A stretch of 64,000 nt of DNA from Eledone cirrhosa (Eukaryota), in the NCBI GenBank assembly GCA_964016885.1, contig OZ024754.1, positions 2,170,001 through 2,234,000 of the forward strand. The letters are read 5' to 3'. The first letter of the stretch is position 1; every line of letters starts with the position of its first letter. Positions 60,829-64,000 of the stretch are shown here, in pieces. The notes below the pieces were generated by a model. It searched no databases. It saw nothing but the letters and a program-made list of their open reading frames with translations, and was not told the origin of the DNA. Made by a program: the position numbers and the translations under genes.

Positions 60829-61825
60829 CAAGCCGTGGGTGATGACGGTGGTGGTTATGTGAAAGAAGAAGAAGAAGAAGAAGAAGAAGAAGAAGAAGAA
60901 GAAAAAAATTAAAATAAAAAGAGGAAAGGAGAAGCAAATAAAAAAAATGGTAAAAGTAACAACAAAAAACGAAGACGAAGAAAATACGGAGGAGAAGAGA
61001 GATGAAGAAGATGAAGAAGAGAAGAAACAAGAAAATCTAGAACAAATCGAAAATATAAACAAGAACAAGAAAATATAAACAATAACAATAAAAGACAAGA
61101 ACAAGAGCAGAAAGAAGAAAACTAAAAAATGGGAAAAAAATATCAAAATAAAAAAATAATCTACGAGAAATATAAAAATTATGAAAGAACTGAAACATGG
61201 TAAAAATTGAAAATTAAATAATAAATGTAATAACACCAACAACAACAATAATAACAGTAACAACAATAACAATAATAACAGTAACAACAATAACAATAAT
61301 AACAACAGCAACAACCATAATGATAGTAACAATAATAACAATAAAAATAACAACAGCAACAACAACAGTAACAATAGCAACAACAATAGTAACAGTAACA
61401 ACAACAACAACAACAGTAACAACAGTAACAATAACAACAATAATAACAACAACAATAACAATAATAATAATGATATGTTAATGATAATAATAATAGTTTG
61501 GTGCTATTTCGTATAAATCTTGAAGATAAAACTTAAGTTTTCGAGAAAAACGGATTGCATGTTAGAAAACCTGAACCCTGGCTGACCGAAAAGATTCTTC
61601 ACACATATACACATACACACAGCCATACACACACACACACATACACACAAACACACACACAGAAACATACATACTCATACACACACAGAGAAACCCGCAC
61701 ACTCATACACACACACACACACACATACACACACTCATACACACCTGAACCCTGCCTGACCGAAAAGATTCTTCTTGTGAATATATACTACTCCCACACA
61801 CCATTCCATCTTTTAAATAGTGTAC

Positions 61826-61879
<54 letters not shown>

Positions 61880-61921
61880 GTGGTTGATGATGATGTTGTT
61901 GTTGCATTAGCGACTTCGTTA

Positions 61922-61960
<39 letters not shown>

Positions 61961-61990
61961 TTTAATCTTCACATTTATTATTACTATATA

Positions 61991-62059
<69 letters not shown>

Positions 62060-62121
62060 TATATATATATATACTATATATATATGTGTGTATATGTATA
62101 TATATATATACACACACATAC

Positions 62122-62157
<36 letters not shown>

Positions 62158-62490
62158 GTATGTATATGTGTATATATATATATATATTGCTTTTTATATA
62201 TATTTCATTTTTCATCTTTCGTTTCAAGACTTTTAATATTTTATATACTTTTGTTGTTTTTGATTTTTCCATTTTTCCATTTTGACATTTAAGATGGATG
62301 GTGTCCCAGCATGCAGTGGGCGGAAAGAAAGATAAAGAAACAACGATTTATCTCCCTTATTTTCATATCTTGATATTAAATGGAGAAAAAAAAATGGAAA
62401 TCTCGTTTTTTTAAATTATTTCATATCGTAATATTTTTTTTTTTTCTCTCTTTCAGTCAACTAAAGGAAATTTTAAACTATGAATATAGG

Positions 62491-62582
<92 letters not shown>

Positions 62583-62682
62583 AACACACACACAAATTAT
62601 ATATATATATACATATATATGATTATATATATTAAACATATATATACATTATATATATATGTATATATGATTATATATATTT

Positions 62683-62750
<68 letters not shown>

Positions 62751-62823
62751 GTGTGTGTGTGTGTGTGCGTGGGTGTGTGTATATGTGCGTGTGTGTGATC
62801 ATGAGTATTTGTGTGTTGGGTTC

Positions 62824-62862
<39 letters not shown>

Positions 62863-62934
62863 GTGTGTGTGTGTGTGCGTGCGTGGGTGTGTGTATATGT
62901 GCGTGTGTGTGATCATGAGTATTTGTGTGTTGGG

Positions 62935-62971
<37 letters not shown>

Positions 62972-63089
62972 TATATATATGTGAAAATTGATTTAATCAA
63001 TTTGTGACTTTCAGTAATATTTGGCTTGTAGAGTCTTAAGTGAATTTCTCCCTCTCAGTCGCTTTCTTTCTCTCTCTCTCTCCCTCTGA

Positions 63090-63177
<88 letters not shown>

Positions 63178-63604
63178 ATATATATATTTATAGATATGTA
63201 TATGTGTTTGTATATGTATGATTGTATATGTCCCTGTGTGTGCGTGCATGTAAATTGATTGTCTTCTATTCTCGTTCTCTCTTTTCTTTGTGTATTGATT
63301 GAGAATTACTAATGTTGTAGCTGCTTTTTGTTGCTGGCGGTAATATATTAATTCTTTCTACATTAAAATATAATTCGATATGGATTTAAGAAAGAAAAGA
63401 GTACATTGATTTATTTTTCTGAGACAAAATGTCCCCATTCTTCGTTTGGAAAATGATGATGTTGTGGCCTTATTATTTTCCCAACTGTATAGGAAGTACA
63501 TTGTATATGAAGAGACTGGTGGACTTTGAAAGAATTTTATTTGGAGTTTAAACAGTCAGGGATTACACGCACAAAAACTTACCCATATCTATATATATAT
63601 ATGG

Positions 63605-63640
<36 letters not shown>

Positions 63641-63643
63641 GTG

Positions 63644-63812
63644 CATATGTCCCAAGGCTCTGATACCATCAACACTATAAACACAGAGCTGGCATATCTA
63701 AGAACTGACTAACTACCTGGTGAGGTCATAGCCATTCAATGGCTATCATCGAAATGTATATAGCAGTAAATAAAGGATTATGAGTTCATGCAATTGACTT
63801 ATGTTTCGTCAC
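63644..63812 (+). mobile_element. family D element with a core-mutated hammerhead (CTGGTGA, 63712-63767)
   Basis: reverse complement of 12873-13042, differing at a few positions. Confidence 0.85.
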
Positions 63813-63813
63813 T

Positions 63814-63875
<62 letters not shown>

Positions 63876-64000
63876 TTATGGTAAATCTTGATGCAATTCA
63901 ATTCAAGCAATCCACGAAGGAAGGACGGAGTATATTTAGAATAAGAAAATGGAAAATAGTTTCAGATGTTAAAATCCTTTATTGATAAGGCCATGATACA

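Overview
This window is eukaryotic, very AT-rich and saturated with microsatellites ((TA)n, (CA)n, (GA)n, tri- and tetranucleotides), with one 200-bp N gap. No convincing protein-coding gene is present, and most ORFs in the track are microsatellite artefacts. The tRNA-derived SINEs and repeat landscape resemble a cephalopod (Octopus-like) genome; this is an inference. The main hidden signal is about 30 short (40-500 bp) inserts sitting inside (TA)n tracts, belonging to at least 8 sequence families. They share one architecture: an inverted copy starting at a fixed internal site, fused at a variable junction to a forward copy that ends in a unique 3' tail. About a dozen type I hammerhead ribozyme folds (CUGANGA or CCGANGA...GAAA, palindromic helix III) lie in these inserts. 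Tails of dissimilar families share an RCTC-Y-(hairpin)-RTY-GAGTRC motif. The best interpretation is (TA)n-targeted Penelope-like retroelement (PLE) pseudo-LTR remnants, and a decayed GIY-YIG-like relic at about 37.2-37.5 kb is consistent with this. All folds and alignments were made by eye.
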